64,000 nucleotides of DNA from positions 15,686,001 to 15,750,000 of the forward strand of contig JBHGNT010000005.1 in NCBI GenBank assembly GCA_043228905.1. The letters are read 5' to 3'. The position numbers and the translations under genes were made by a program. Numbering within the stretch: the first letter of the stretch is position 1; each line of letters opens with the position of its first letter. The stretch comes from Azolla caroliniana (Eukaryota > Plantae > Polypodiophyta). The notes below the pieces were generated by a model. The model had not been told where the DNA came from and did no database searches. It saw only the letters and a list, made by a program, of their open reading frames with translations. Positions 1 through 11,996 of this stretch are shown here, in pieces.

Positions 1-500
1 TATTTCCTTATGGCCCAACACTAATGGTTTTACATGTTGAAAACACAACAGAAATAGTGTGATTGACTATGTGCTACTTTCTGAATGTATTTTGGATTGT
101 ATACATAAATTCTCACTTGGTGAATGGACACCAGAACCCGATAATAGGCCTTTATGTATTGATCTCAAATGTATGCATAGGTTTGATTGTGAGAAGGCTA
201 TTGAAGATAATAAACAACCGTACTTAAGCATGAACCTTAAGCGAGCACCCGTGTATTCCAAGATGGTTTAGGATATGTTACAAATGATAAAGATACAACA
301 TGGTGCCACACTAGAATGCAAATAGGAAGCTTTCAAGAAAGTCATTCTCTCCAATACAAACAAATGTTTTTTGACCAACCGCACATCTTCGAAATGCACC
401 AAGAAACTTAAGAAAAAATGGTTTGATAAAGAATGTCGTGAAGCTTGAAAGTGCCTTATGGTTTTGGACGTAGTTAAGGATAAAGAGAATTACCAAAAGC
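1..500 (+). mobile_element. LINE fragment (end of the APE endonuclease domain plus linker), degenerate; same family as 36971-39313 and 45330-46976
   Basis: ORF 59..271 'VIDYVLLS...EPDNRPLCIDL' resembles the APE C-terminal IDY/SDH motifs. The DNA is the reverse-complement homolog of about 45650-46140. Confidence 0.85.
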
Positions 501-1013
501 AGGTCATGAAGTGAAAAATCTCTATAAGTTTAATACATTCAAATTTTGGTATTAACCATGATAAGAAACCTATATACTAAGACAAATTGGATTATTGTTG
601 GATGTGGTGAACAAACAAAAGGTTGACAATAGACCTCAAAAGTACTTGTTGGTTAAGACAACAACAAGAGCTACTATGATGAACAAATCCAAGGTAAAAT
701 CCATGCATCAAGCAATATCGAGCTGTCTTTTAAAAGTGCATTTAGAAAAACCTAATCACAAATTGTTGTTCCTATTATATGATACCCAATATACAACATT
801 ATGTTGCAAAGTAAGCCTTGTTAACCACTTTGTGAAAGGTCACAGAGTTGTTGATTTACTTTATGTGAGAACTTTATGCACAAGGTCATGAAGTGAAAAA
901 TCTCTATAAGTTTAATACATTCAAATTTTGGTATTAACCATGATAAGAAACCTATATGCTAAGACAAACTGGATTATTGTTGGATGTGGTGAACAAACAA
1001 AAGGTTGACAGTA
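501..1013. repeat. Direct repeat of about 130 bp (501-632 and 883-1013)
   Basis: 'aggtcatgaagtgaaaaatctctataagtttaatacattc...caaaaggttgaca' occurs twice with few mismatches. Confidence 0.9.
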
Positions 1014-1734
1014 GGCTAGAGAAACACATTTAGTTGGTTATACATGACAAAACATTACGTGGACATAAAAATATTTGCAATGGAATCAAAGGGGATGGCT
1101 TTTCGTTCCAAAAGTTTCAGTTGATCATTTTGAAAGTCTTCATGAAAAATTAGACGAGTCTGAAGGCGTGGAGCTAGAAAATCAACGATTCCCTAATTTG
1201 ACCTTCTTATTTGTATTGAATTCTTAGCTTCCCTATACCATGTTTTAGTTGGCCTTATCTTCAACCTGAGTAATATTCTTATGAATGCCAGAGTTATTGC
1301 GCACATTACAAATATTACTCAGTATCAAGCAAAGCAGAAACCTGGGATTAGTTTGTAGCCTTTGATACGAATGATGAACATTCAATTCATGAATATCTTG
1401 AATCCATTTTGTGTAGGGGGGACTCTAGTTCGATAATTTCTTGGCATGAGGGGACTTATATCAAACCCAAGTGGTCAAGTGATGGATTTACCTATGTGGG
1501 CAAACTTCCGTGAAGGCTAGATATATGACATGTAGGTTTGTTGAAGTTGTTCAACACATCTTTTTTTTTGTCTTCAAAAAGATTGTAAAATTCAAGAAGA
1601 ATGCCAAAATGCATGAAGCCAACACAACAAGTTGAAACCTTGTTTCAAACACTCGAAGAAAATTCATGGTTCTCTTTGAATCTTCATTTAAAATTGCCCA
1701 TAGTGCCAATATGGGTTCACAAATCATATCATTA

Positions 1735-1895
1735 GACCACGTAGACCAAAACTGTTGAGCCCACTTGTTTTACCTTGCAAATTTGATAACAGACCCACCA
1801 TGTAACCTTGCAAATTGAAAGACAAATCTCGTGAACCAGCTACAAATGCACCCAACAGTAGGATTTTGACACTCGCAATAACATATCTCTTATTG
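1735..1895 (-). pseudogene. Fragment of a nucleotide-sugar transporter gene (SLC35D/UTR7/UGNT1-like)
   Basis: Peptide 'VIASVKILLLGAFVAGSRDLSFNLQGY...GKTSGLNSFGL' matches my recollection of the plant NST motif 'LGAFVAGARDLSFD..GY...GKSSGLNSFGL'. It has an internal deletion and no other exons are visible. Confidence 0.7.
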
Positions 1896-1989
1896 ATGCC
1901 ATGCCAATTATATTCATAGCATCCACTAGCAATAAACCTATCATTCTCACTCATATCCTGCCAATAAGATCTGGATATGTATCTTTTGT

Positions 1990-2650
1990 CCAATAATATT
2001 TGACTTCAAATTGCCACAAGCTCTAACTTCAACTTGCATTTTTTCAAATCAATTCAATGCCTTTATTGAAGGTCCATGTTCCACATATCCTGAAATTAGG
2101 GTAGTTCATGAAACAACAATATGACTACAATAGTGAAAGCATGTTGTGATTCAAACATTGAGCCACATTTAGCATACAAATCCACCAAACTGTTACAAAC
2201 AGAATGTTCATCCTCAAATCCCTTACATACAATATCTGTATGAATTTCCCATGCATCAATAAGCTATTGCTAATAGACTAAACCATATGAAAACTTGCTT
2301 TTACAATATCATCGTGTATTTCTCGGGCATTATCTAAAGGTCCAGTGATGCTACAAGCTCTAAATATAACCAGAAATAAACGGATTTCACGATACATTGC
2401 CTCTGGCTGATAGTAGTCCGATGACTACAATAGCATCTTCAAAAATGCCACATTTAGCATATGCATAAACTAGAATAGCCACAAGACACGGATCTGAATC
2501 AAGCTCCCTTTCAATAATCTCATTATGGATTTCTTGCCCTCTTCTAATAGCTTTTAGGCTTATGCATGCCTTGAAGGTAAAAATATAGGTCACAAAATTC
2601 GGCATAGTCCCTTTCAACTACTCTTGGATTGCTATAGACATATGTATGTC
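1990..2650 (-). pseudogene. Degenerate PLS-class pentatricopeptide-repeat (PPR) gene fragment
   Basis: ORF 2387..2617 'PNFVTYIFTFKAC...GQEIHNEII...DSD...LVYAYAKCG'. Further broken repeats ('FEDEHSVCNSLVDLYAKCGS') are readable at about 2150-2230. Confidence 0.8.
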
Positions 2651-3019
2651 CCAAAGCATAAGTACTAATAGTTATACATTGACACATGCCTCATGTCGGT
2701 GGAGGAAATACCGAGAGTGGTGCATATGTATGTTCAACACATCATTGTGTGTGAAAAAGATCGTAAAACAACCAAAAACATTTCTTTCATTCTCATTGAG
2801 GAAAGAAGAGGATCTATTTGAACAATATCTCATCAAAAATCGATTGGAAATTTACAAATATAGTGTTGTGGTCAAGGTATCTTTAGGTTTGTGCAAGAAC
2901 TGAAAATTCCTCGTAATTTACATGGATGCAATTCTAATGCTTACACAATTGACATTGAAGAACCAACTATTTCACTAGATGTTAGTTGGGACCAATGTAT
3001 TTGAAAGCTTAACGCGTGA

Positions 3020-3170
3020 ATTTGCAGATCTAATCGGAATTTTTATCTAGGCTGTCCCAACCAAGCCATTTATTCTAGAAGCTAATGTGTGTGATTTTGC
3101 ATAAGAATTAACTTTTCACGAATAAAAGCCGAGTAACTATGTTTGGTCCCCTCCTATTCACCCAAATTTC
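3020..3170 (+). mobile_element. Short, highly degenerate Gypsy RT/RNase H remnant
   Basis: 'ccaaccaagccatttattctagaagctaatgtgtgtgattttgc' reads PTKPFILEANVCDFA, similar to PEKPFIIEADVLDFA in ORF 8582..9031. Confidence 0.45.
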
Positions 3171-3195
3171 TATAAAGATTAGGACCGTAGATAGA

Positions 3196-3472
3196 TGAGA
3201 AAGACACTCTGAAAAATACAACAGAAAACAGAATAATACACTGTACACACTTGTTTACGTGGAAACCCTAAAATAGGGAAAAACCATGGGGCAACAAATC
3301 TTCACTATATAGTAGAGCTACAAGACGAAAATTAGATTATAAGTACTTTGATGAGCAGATTATTCACCGTGACTTAAGGTTTTGGCAAGTTCACCTAACC
3401 GTGCCTATACTGCCTCTCTTATCTCCTTCTTGCACTCTCTTTATATACACTATTCTGCAGCTTCCTCTATGT
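3196..3472 (-). mobile_element. Partial Copia (Tork/Tnt1-like) LTR, cut by element A
   Basis: 'gtttacgtggaaaccctaaaatagggaaaaaccatgg' resembles 'gtttacgtggaaaacctaaacttagggaaaaaccacgg' in the LTRs at 23755 and 28292. The left boundary is uncertain. Confidence 0.5.
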
Positions 3473-6400
3473 TGTCACGGTATTCCACAGGTATGTGTAG
3501 GAATGGAGCGGGACCACGAGGGTCTCAGACCAAGGAGCCAGTGAGGGAAGAAGGTTGTTTGGATCAACTTTTGGATAACTTCGCCGGACCAGTTTCTGGA
3601 TGACTTTGCCAAGTAACGCGTCCTCAATCTAGAGCAACCTCCAGATGTCGAGAACTAAGCACACAGGCTTAGGGACATATATAGTTATAGACCTGTTGCC
3701 GGAGAGCAACAATGAACTCATAGGTCACACTCTCGGGCACGCACTAGAAACGAAAGAGCAGCGACAAGAAAGGCAAAAAACCAGAAATAAAGAGGTATCT
3801 ATTGATTAGTAATAGGTGAATTAGAACTAGACTCAGTTGGCAACAGAGCTTTGAGCTCTCGACACTCACACACACAGACACTAGCAAACCTCCGATCGGG
3901 AGCACACGGGCTACCAGCACGAAACGGAGGCCTCACATCACGATGATAGAAGCAAAGATTAGGAAGACAAAAACTGGCCGAGCTTGATCCTGCAACACTT
4001 CGTCCTCCAAAATTGTGGATCCTCTCTCAATCTTCCCTCCCTCTTTTTATAGCTCAAGGAGACAGAGAAGCCATTATATCATGTTGTTAAGACAACCACT
4101 TTTCTCTCAGATTTTCTCCTCCATTTTCTCCCATCAATCCCTTATTCCTTTCTATACGTGTGATCATAAAGCACCTATTAACTCTCCTACCTAGTACTTA
4201 TCAACACTCAAACTAATACTATGCTATTTACACATGTTTGTACTAATACTTATCAAAAAGCTATTTCATTTGCATCCGTGCACACCCCTTTTCACGCGCA
4301 TTCAGCGAGTTTCTCCGAGTAGCCGGAATTTCCCATGACATCCACCCCCAGCAAACCGCACATCATTTGGCATGTGCTAAGAAGTGAAATGGTGGGATTT
4401 CGGGTACATTCTCATTTCTCCCCTCCCAAATCGTCACTGATCCGGTCTTCATCCATCTCCTCATCCTCGTCCGTGCTTCCGGCCTCTATCTCCGCATTCG
4501 GCTCCTCCTCGTGCCGCTTCTTAAAGGCATTTATCCGTTTCCCTGCCACCGGCACCGCAACCTTCGTCCCGTCGAGCTCTGCAAGGTGGTACGTCGCATT
4601 GTCATTGGCGCTCCTCACAACATAATATCTGAACCACCTTCTCGCAAATTTTCAGGTCGACCGGTGTTGGTTGTTGAGGCTGTTGTCATGAACCAACACC
4701 TAGTCACCTTCCTCGGTCTTCTTTGGACAGAGTCAGTGTGTCCGATCGAATCACTCCTTGTTCCTTTCCCATGATGCATGTACCTTTGCCCTAGCTTGCT
4801 CTACGTCGTCCAGTCATTGCTCGAGCTGTCGGATCCACGCCGCCAGCAGCTCCTCCTGGCTCATCTCGTCCGACCAGTCGACTGACATCCATGAGGTTAT
4901 CGTCCGCTCCACTGGCCTGATCGGCTTCTGTCCAAACATGAGTTCAGATGGCACGTATTCGGTCACCTAAATGTGCGTAGTTTGGTCGGCCCATAACGCG
5001 TAAGGTAGGAGCCTCGGCCAGTTCCCGACCTGTCTGTCGCATGCTCGTACAATGGCCTTCACATTCCGCCCATGCCCGCGTTCCACCTTCCTGTTCGCCT
5101 TCGGATTGTATGCTGTTGTGAGGGAAAACTTGATCCCTAGTCGGTCGAATAGCTCCTCTGCTTCTTGCGCATCCAGGTCACCGAGTCAATCGACTACCAT
5201 ATTTCCTACACACTCATATTGGCAAATCACATCTTCGATCTAGAATCGGCAAATGGTCGCGGTCATTTTGTTTGTTAATGCTCGGCCCTCCACCTGGTTC
5301 ATCAGTTCCTCTTGTGCAAGCACCAAGTATCGCATTTGGCCAACCCCCATCATTAGTGAATGGTCGGAGGGTAGGTTGGATGCAACTCGTCCTGAGGCCA
5401 GATCACTGAATGCATCTGTCAGCTCTCACATCTTAGTACATCCCCGACCATCGGTACTTCTCTTTCAGCCTTTTGAATGTCACCCATGTTCCCCGATGTC
5501 CGAACCAGGGACTCTCGTGGAACCCCGCTATCAACACCGATTGGTGCTCCTTCTTTGTCACCGCTCAGAGCGGTGTGCTGGTTTGTTTCTTCGAATGCTG
5601 CCATATTTTTCCGCTCTTTAGGAAGAACCAGTGTGTCTTCTTATGGATCCAACTCACCTCGTCCTTCATCTACGACCTGTCCGGTGCCATCGTGCTCAAG
5701 AACCTTCCGATCCGAAGCCACTCCTTGTTGTAGTCGTCCCCGTCGAACTCGTTCAGGGCTGGAGCGCTTCGTTTGTTCGCCGACATTCGACCCAACTCGA
5801 AGAAGTCCACGTGGACTTCTCCATCTTCCAATACCATGTCTTCCTCATCATTGTACTGTGCTCTTGACAACATATCAGCCATGATATTGTCTTTTCCGGA
5901 GATGTGTTGTATCTCCGAATTCAGGGACTTTATTTATACGATCCACTTGAGCATAGCCAAGTTCGGAGTCGCACATCGGGAAACCATATCGAGAATCGGT
6001 AAGCAGTCCGTCTCGATTATCGTTTCTGCTCCTTATCAACCTTAACTACTGAAATGATATCCCAAAGCTCGCACTTAACCTGGGCATATCCTCGCTGTCA
6101 CTAGCTTCGCAGCTTCGCAGCTTCGCAAAGAACGGAATGGGGAACCACGTGTGGGCCTCGTCCTTCTCATTGATCACCCATTTGATTCTAGTCGGACATG
6201 TGTCAACCTTCACGTAAACCGGAGTGTCCACCTTGTATACTGCTTTCCAAAGAGCCAGTGCCATTGCCACCATCTCCTTCAGTCTCTGAACTGCCTCCGT
6301 GTGCTCTCCTCTCCATTCGAACTTCCTCTGTTTCTTCAATAAGTTGTAGAGCAGCATGACGATGTGTGGTAATGTGGGATCCATATGTGGTAGAAGGTGC

Positions 6401-6879
6401 ACACTTCAAGGAATCGTCGGATTTCCGTGACTGACCTGCACTCCTCCTTCATCGCTGAGATGTCCTCCACCTTTGCTAGAAACGGTTTCTGGCCATAGGG
6501 TCCGCATAGGTGTCCGACCACCAAGATCTCTGATTGTCCGAACGCTGACTTCTCCCTAGAGAAGGTGTCAGGAATAGTACTGAGACAGAGAGGAAATTAG
6601 TACTAAGAGATGATATTAGTACTAAGAGGAAAAGAGGGTGTAGAACACTCAAGAGAAGGAGAGAGAGAGACAATGATATATTATGTGAAAAGAATATACA
6701 AGGATGGCTAGGAGGCTTAAGACTGGCGTTGAACCGATTTGGCTCGAAATAATGCCTTGTGCCTCCTTTTATAGTGTTCTCAGGAGTACTCCTAAGTTTC
6801 TAGAATGTTCCAGAGAAATCTGGAATATACATCAATCTTCTAGAGTAAAACTTAAATGAAAAAAATATATTTCGCATTA

Positions 6880-6950
6880 CAACATATAGTCCAATGGTCA
6901 AGAGTTTGACCCATGTAACATATGGTCATGGGTTCGAGTCTTGCCATATC
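6880..6950 (+). promoter_or_regulatory. tRNA-like Pol III module (A box and B box) inside the LTR of element B
   Basis: A box TAGTCCAATGG at 6887 and B box GGTTCGAGTC at 6931. The 44-nt start-to-start spacing is as in tRNA genes. The cloverleaf is not intact. Confidence 0.6.
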
Positions 6951-7275
6951 ATGACACTATCCCCTTTTTAAAACGATGAGTGTCATGAGACATTTTGGAT
7001 TGAGGACCCGGTTTGTCTGGATATTCACGATGGAAGTCTTCAAGAAGAGCGCGAGCATTGGTTACATTCTCTATTGGTTCCCAAGTACACTTGCCGGGAC
7101 TATATCCTAACCAATCGACTAAATAGTAAAGCTTGTTACGAACAATCTTGGAATCAAGGATGGCGGCAACCTCATACTCAGGTCCATCTTCAAGTTCGAT
7201 CGGGGGTGGAGGTTGTTTAATACGACCTGGGATGGCGTTGTCTTGATAGGGTTCAAGGAGAGAACTATGAAACAC
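6949..7275 (-). pseudogene. Integrase C-terminus with group I chromodomain (element B)
   Basis: 'EYEVAAILDSKIVRNKLYYLVDWLGYSPGKCTWEPIENV' retains the aromatic-cage residues Y/W/Y. Confidence 0.9.
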
Positions 7276-7352
7276 CGGATGTATCCGAAGTTGTGGAGGT
7301 AGATCGAGATGAAAAGTGATATCATTATATTTTCCGATAATACGGAAACGAC

Positions 7353-10300
7353 CTAATTGGCGTTAATCCAACTTCTCGCATGGGCGAGTAGTCTTGATGT
7401 GTCGTCATAGTAGCCATACCTGATCTCCAATGTTAAAACTGGATGGAAGCTGATGACAATCTGCGTAAACCTTGTGTGTTTGTTGAACTTGTTGTAGATG
7501 AGTAGATAAATATGCTTGTATATTGCGTAACCGCTCCAAATGATTCTCTGCGCAAGGATTTTTGGGTAACTCTGGGGTTTCAAATACACACACCCGGGGC
7601 GACAACCCGTATAAGCATAAGCATAAAATGGTGTAACCTTTGTCGATGAGTGAATAGAGTTATTATACGCAAATTCGGCGAAGTGGAGAATGTCCGCCCA
7701 ATCATCTTGATGATAGCTTAGAAAGCACCGAAGATACTGCTCCAACATTTGATTTGTTCATTCTACTTGGCCGTCTGTTTGCAGGTGGTAGCCCGAGGAG
7801 AGGTTACAAGTGACCTTGAGCATTTTAAAGAGGTGCTTCCAGAATTTCGAGATGAACTGGGGTCCACGACCGCTGATGATACTATTAGGAAGGCCATGAT
7901 GCCGACATACTTCACGCATGACAGTTTTGACGGTTTCTTCACCTGAGATTTCCTTAGTACATGGCAGGAAATGGGCCATTTTCGTATATCGATCTACTAC
8001 TGTTAAGATTGCATCGAATCCCTTAGAGACTGGAATATCTGTGATGAAATCTAGAGTAATGGATTGCCACGGCTTGCTTGGAATTGATAATGGTTCTAAT
8101 AAACCATATGGATGAGGCCTTGGCATTTTTGCTCTGGAACATGTATCACAAGTCCGAACAAAATCTTCGACAAATTGTCTCATGTGGGGCCACCAAAATG
8201 ATCGTTGTATTAAATCTAATGTTTTAGTACTACCAAAATGCCCAGTTGTATATGTGTCATGATAGTTTTGGACTACTCGAAGGCGACAAGAACCATTAGG
8301 AACATACAAGAGTTTCTTAAAGAATAGTAATCCATCATGACATTCAAATTGTGGATAGTTCGTACCTGTTGCGACTGTGAAAAAGATGCTCGAATGGGAT
8401 CAATTTGTGCTAGCATCTGTCTTCAAGTCCTCACATATGGTATCGATAACGTAGGAATCCAAGGGCATACCGAAGACCTACATTGCTTGCATTCGTGCCA
8501 GTCCTAGGATTACTTGCTTTTGGTCATCGAAAGCTAGCTCACTAGGACGCGGTGCTAGATACGAGCATCGTGATAATGCATCTACCTTCCCTTATAGCTT
8601 CCCCGGACGATATGTAATTTTGAAGTCGAAACAAGTGAGGAATTGGGCCCACCAAGCTTGACGCGATTTAACACACGAACATTCTGAAAGTAGGCAAGGT
8701 TTTTGTGATCACTGAATACGGTGACTTGATGAGAAGATCCCTTTAGAAAATGCCTCCATTGTGTAAAAGAGTTCACTATTGCTAATAGCTCATTATCATG
8801 AATTTCATAGTTGATTTCGGCGGTGTCAAACTTGTGTGAGTGGAAAGCAACAAGATCTAGCTTTTCATCATCGCCTTGTTGTGACAGAATGCTACCCAAG
8901 GCAAAATCCAACACGTCTGCTTCAATGATGAATGGTTTTTCCGGATCAACATGAGCTAGAATAGGAGCTGATGTAAATACCTTCTTAAGACTCTCAAAAG
9001 CCATGTCTGCTTCTTCAGACCAAATGAACAATCGTCCCTTCCTGGTAAGCTATGTGAGAGGCAGAAAAGGCTTTGAGTAATCCTATATAAACTTGCTGTA
9101 GAAATTGGCAAAGCCTAAAAAGCATTGCATATCTTGCAACGAATGCAGAGTTTGCCACTCTACCACCGTTTTGACCTTAGCTGGATCCATGGAGATGCCT
9201 TCCAAGGAAACGACATAGCCTAGAAATTCTACCTGGTTGCACTCGAAACTACATTTTTCCAGCTTTGCATAAAGACCATGTTCTCGAAATCGTTTTAGTA
9301 CTAACAATACATTAGAATCATGCTCTTCTTGGGTCTTCGAATAAACCAATAGATCATCCAAATAGATGATCAAACAAACATCCAAGATATCTCAGAATAT
9401 ATCATTTGCCATGTGCTGGAAGACTGCTGGTGCATTAGTGAGGCCGAATGGCATGATCGTATACTCGAAGTGCCCATATCTGGTGCGAAATGCGGTCTTC
9501 CATTCATCTCCGGGTCGGATCCGTACAAGGTTATATGCTCCTCGTAAGTCGATCTTCGTGAAGAACCTTGCACCATTGATCCGTTCGAAAAGACTTGAGA
9601 TAAGGGGAAGTGCATACCTATTCCTGATGTTGACCTTATTCAAGCCATGGTAATCTATGACGAGACGAAGTGATCCATCCTTTTTCTTGAAGAAGAAAAT
9701 AGGTGCACCGGCTGGAGATTTCGAATGTCGAATGAAACCATTTGCCAAATTCTCCTCTACATAGGCTCGACGGACTTCTAGCTTGGTTGGTGAAAAATTA
9801 TAGATCGGTCCCCATGGTGGCTCTTTTCCCTGTTGTAAATCGATGGGGCAATCATACGGTCGATGGTGAGGAAGCGTATTGGCTTGTACTTTATCGAACA
9901 CATTGGCATAATGATGATACTTCTTTGGAAGTTGAACGGTGGACTCCTCTTTAGTGGTGTTGGAGGGTTTTACTGATACTGCGAAGAGAAACATTTCTTC
10001 CTTGCGTCCTTCCTCACGCAACTGATGTAGCGAAATAGTTGCAATCTTATAAGTAGATCCTCGGGTTTGTCAATACCAGACTTCTCTTCTTCTCCAATCT
10101 ATATCTGGGTTATGTAATTCTAAAACAATGGGATATTCTGGTATACTAATTATATTAAATGATACTACACACACTAAATTATCTAGGACAATATTAACGA
10201 GCTTTGACTCTTCTATGATATTTCCGAAAGCAATGAGACGACCATTAATGACTACTATAGAGGCTGGACACGGGAGTTTTCTTAGGAATATCTAATGAGC

Positions 10301-11481
10301 TTGGGCAAAATTTCTATCCATGAAGCAAGAATTGGCTCCGGCATCTAGGAGTGCTGAGACGTGTACTAGAGAGGTACTTTTAGTACTAATTGTTACTTGG
10401 GCTAAGAACACATTGCTAACTTGCTTAGAGGTAATAGAACCACTAATGGGTTGCACAGATCTAGGGTTGTCCAACCAAACGACTCCTATTTTGGCTGGAC
10501 TTAGTTGTTTAACTCTTATTCTAACTGACTAAGGACATCAAATTTGTTCGATAAATTTGAGCTATTAGTACTATTAGGACTATTAGATATTCCTACTAAA
10601 ATAGACTCGGGTTTAGTACAATTAGAACTAACAACTATTTGCTTTACCTGTCTTCTTGGCCTATGGGGATAGTTCACTGCAATATGCCCTGGTCCACCGC
10701 AGTAAAGACATAGTCGATTTGCTCGACGTCGCAACTTTTCTTCTTTCGCTAATGGTTCGCAACGACGTGTAGTGTCAATTTCCATCGGAGTTGGAGTATT
10801 CCCTGGAGACGCATTATATGTATCCTTTGGAAAAGGTTTTGCTACCCCTGAGGCCTAGGTGGGCTTTGGTCTTGCCCTTGGCATCTGGAACTGACGTTCC
10901 GACGTCGTTCGAAAAGACGGTTGTTGCATCTCACCGCGCGACTGATTGCTTCTATCAATGGCTTTGGTTCTTCGGGGAAGGTCAAGAGTAAATCCTTGAC
11001 ATCATTACGTAGACCATAACGAAATTGCTGCATTAGTGCTTGGTCATCCCAGGGGATGTCGGAGGCGAGTAGGCGGAAATCTGCAGCGTATGCGGAGGCT
11101 GGACGGATCACCTTGACGTAATCATCGGATTTTGTTGATTGTTGTCCTTATGTTGTCAATATCTCCAAAACAGGCTTTAAACTCACTTAGAAACTCTTCA
11201 AAATTGTTTAGTAAAGGAGATTCTTGTTCTAACAACGGAGTGAACCATGCCAAAGTTGAGCCACTTCACAACATGCCTACTAAACCCACTCGTGATGCAT
11301 TGGTGGGATATCGGGAAGGATGCATTTGAATGACTAATCGTACCTGATTAAGGAATCCTCTAAATTGCGAACGCGTTCCATCGAATTTCATGGGAAGGCC
11401 GATCTTGGGTTCTTTATGAATCCCTTGCGTACTGTGTCCTTGTTGTTGCATCGCTACTATGGTTGCTTCGAGTTGTTGCAC
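7353..11481 (-). pseudogene. Disrupted gag-pol of chromovirus B
   Basis: Domains appear in the Gypsy order gag-PR-RT-RH-INT across many frameshifted ORFs. Confidence 0.9.
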
Positions 11482-11982
11482 GCGTAAAGCTAGTTCCCCA
11501 TGTTGTGTTGTTCGCCGGAATCGTAACCAATGGATAGAAGCGCAGAAATATTATAATATAGTAAAGCGTTAAGAAACGAATGTAACGGTTCATGCGAGAA
11601 ACATGAACAGCTAAAATCCTTGTCTATATAAAGGGCAGAAATCCTGAATAATAGGTAGCGTGTAGTTTTGAGTGCAGGACGTTTTCTCTAATAGAATCCT
11701 ATCTTCTCTGATCTTTGTGCATATCTATGTTTATCTGCGTGACAATCCATTGATACTTTTCTGCGTACTGTTTAAATCATAAGTGTGTGTAAGTGTAAGT
11801 GCGTATACTAGTGCACTTCATAAGGAGTTTGGTTGTAGCCGTCTCCCTTATACGCTACCAGGATACGAGGTGGTATCCCATTACTCTTTACGCGAAGACG
11901 GTTCCATTCCTTGTAACACGGTCACCTTGAGGTCTACCTCGAAGGACTGAGCGTAGACAGTGTTCCTAATCGGTAACACGTT

Positions 11983-11996
11983 TGGCACGCCTGGTG
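11983..11996 (+). promoter_or_regulatory. Primer-binding site of element F, complementary to a tRNA-Arg(UCU)-type 3' end
   Basis: TGGCACGCCTGGTG begins 4 nt after the LTR end. The tRNA identity is from recalled plant tRNA-Arg sequences. Confidence 0.7.

Noticed and set aside
6880-6950. Functional tRNA gene
   Set aside because: The acceptor and anticodon stems do not pair. It is kept only as a tRNA-like promoter module.
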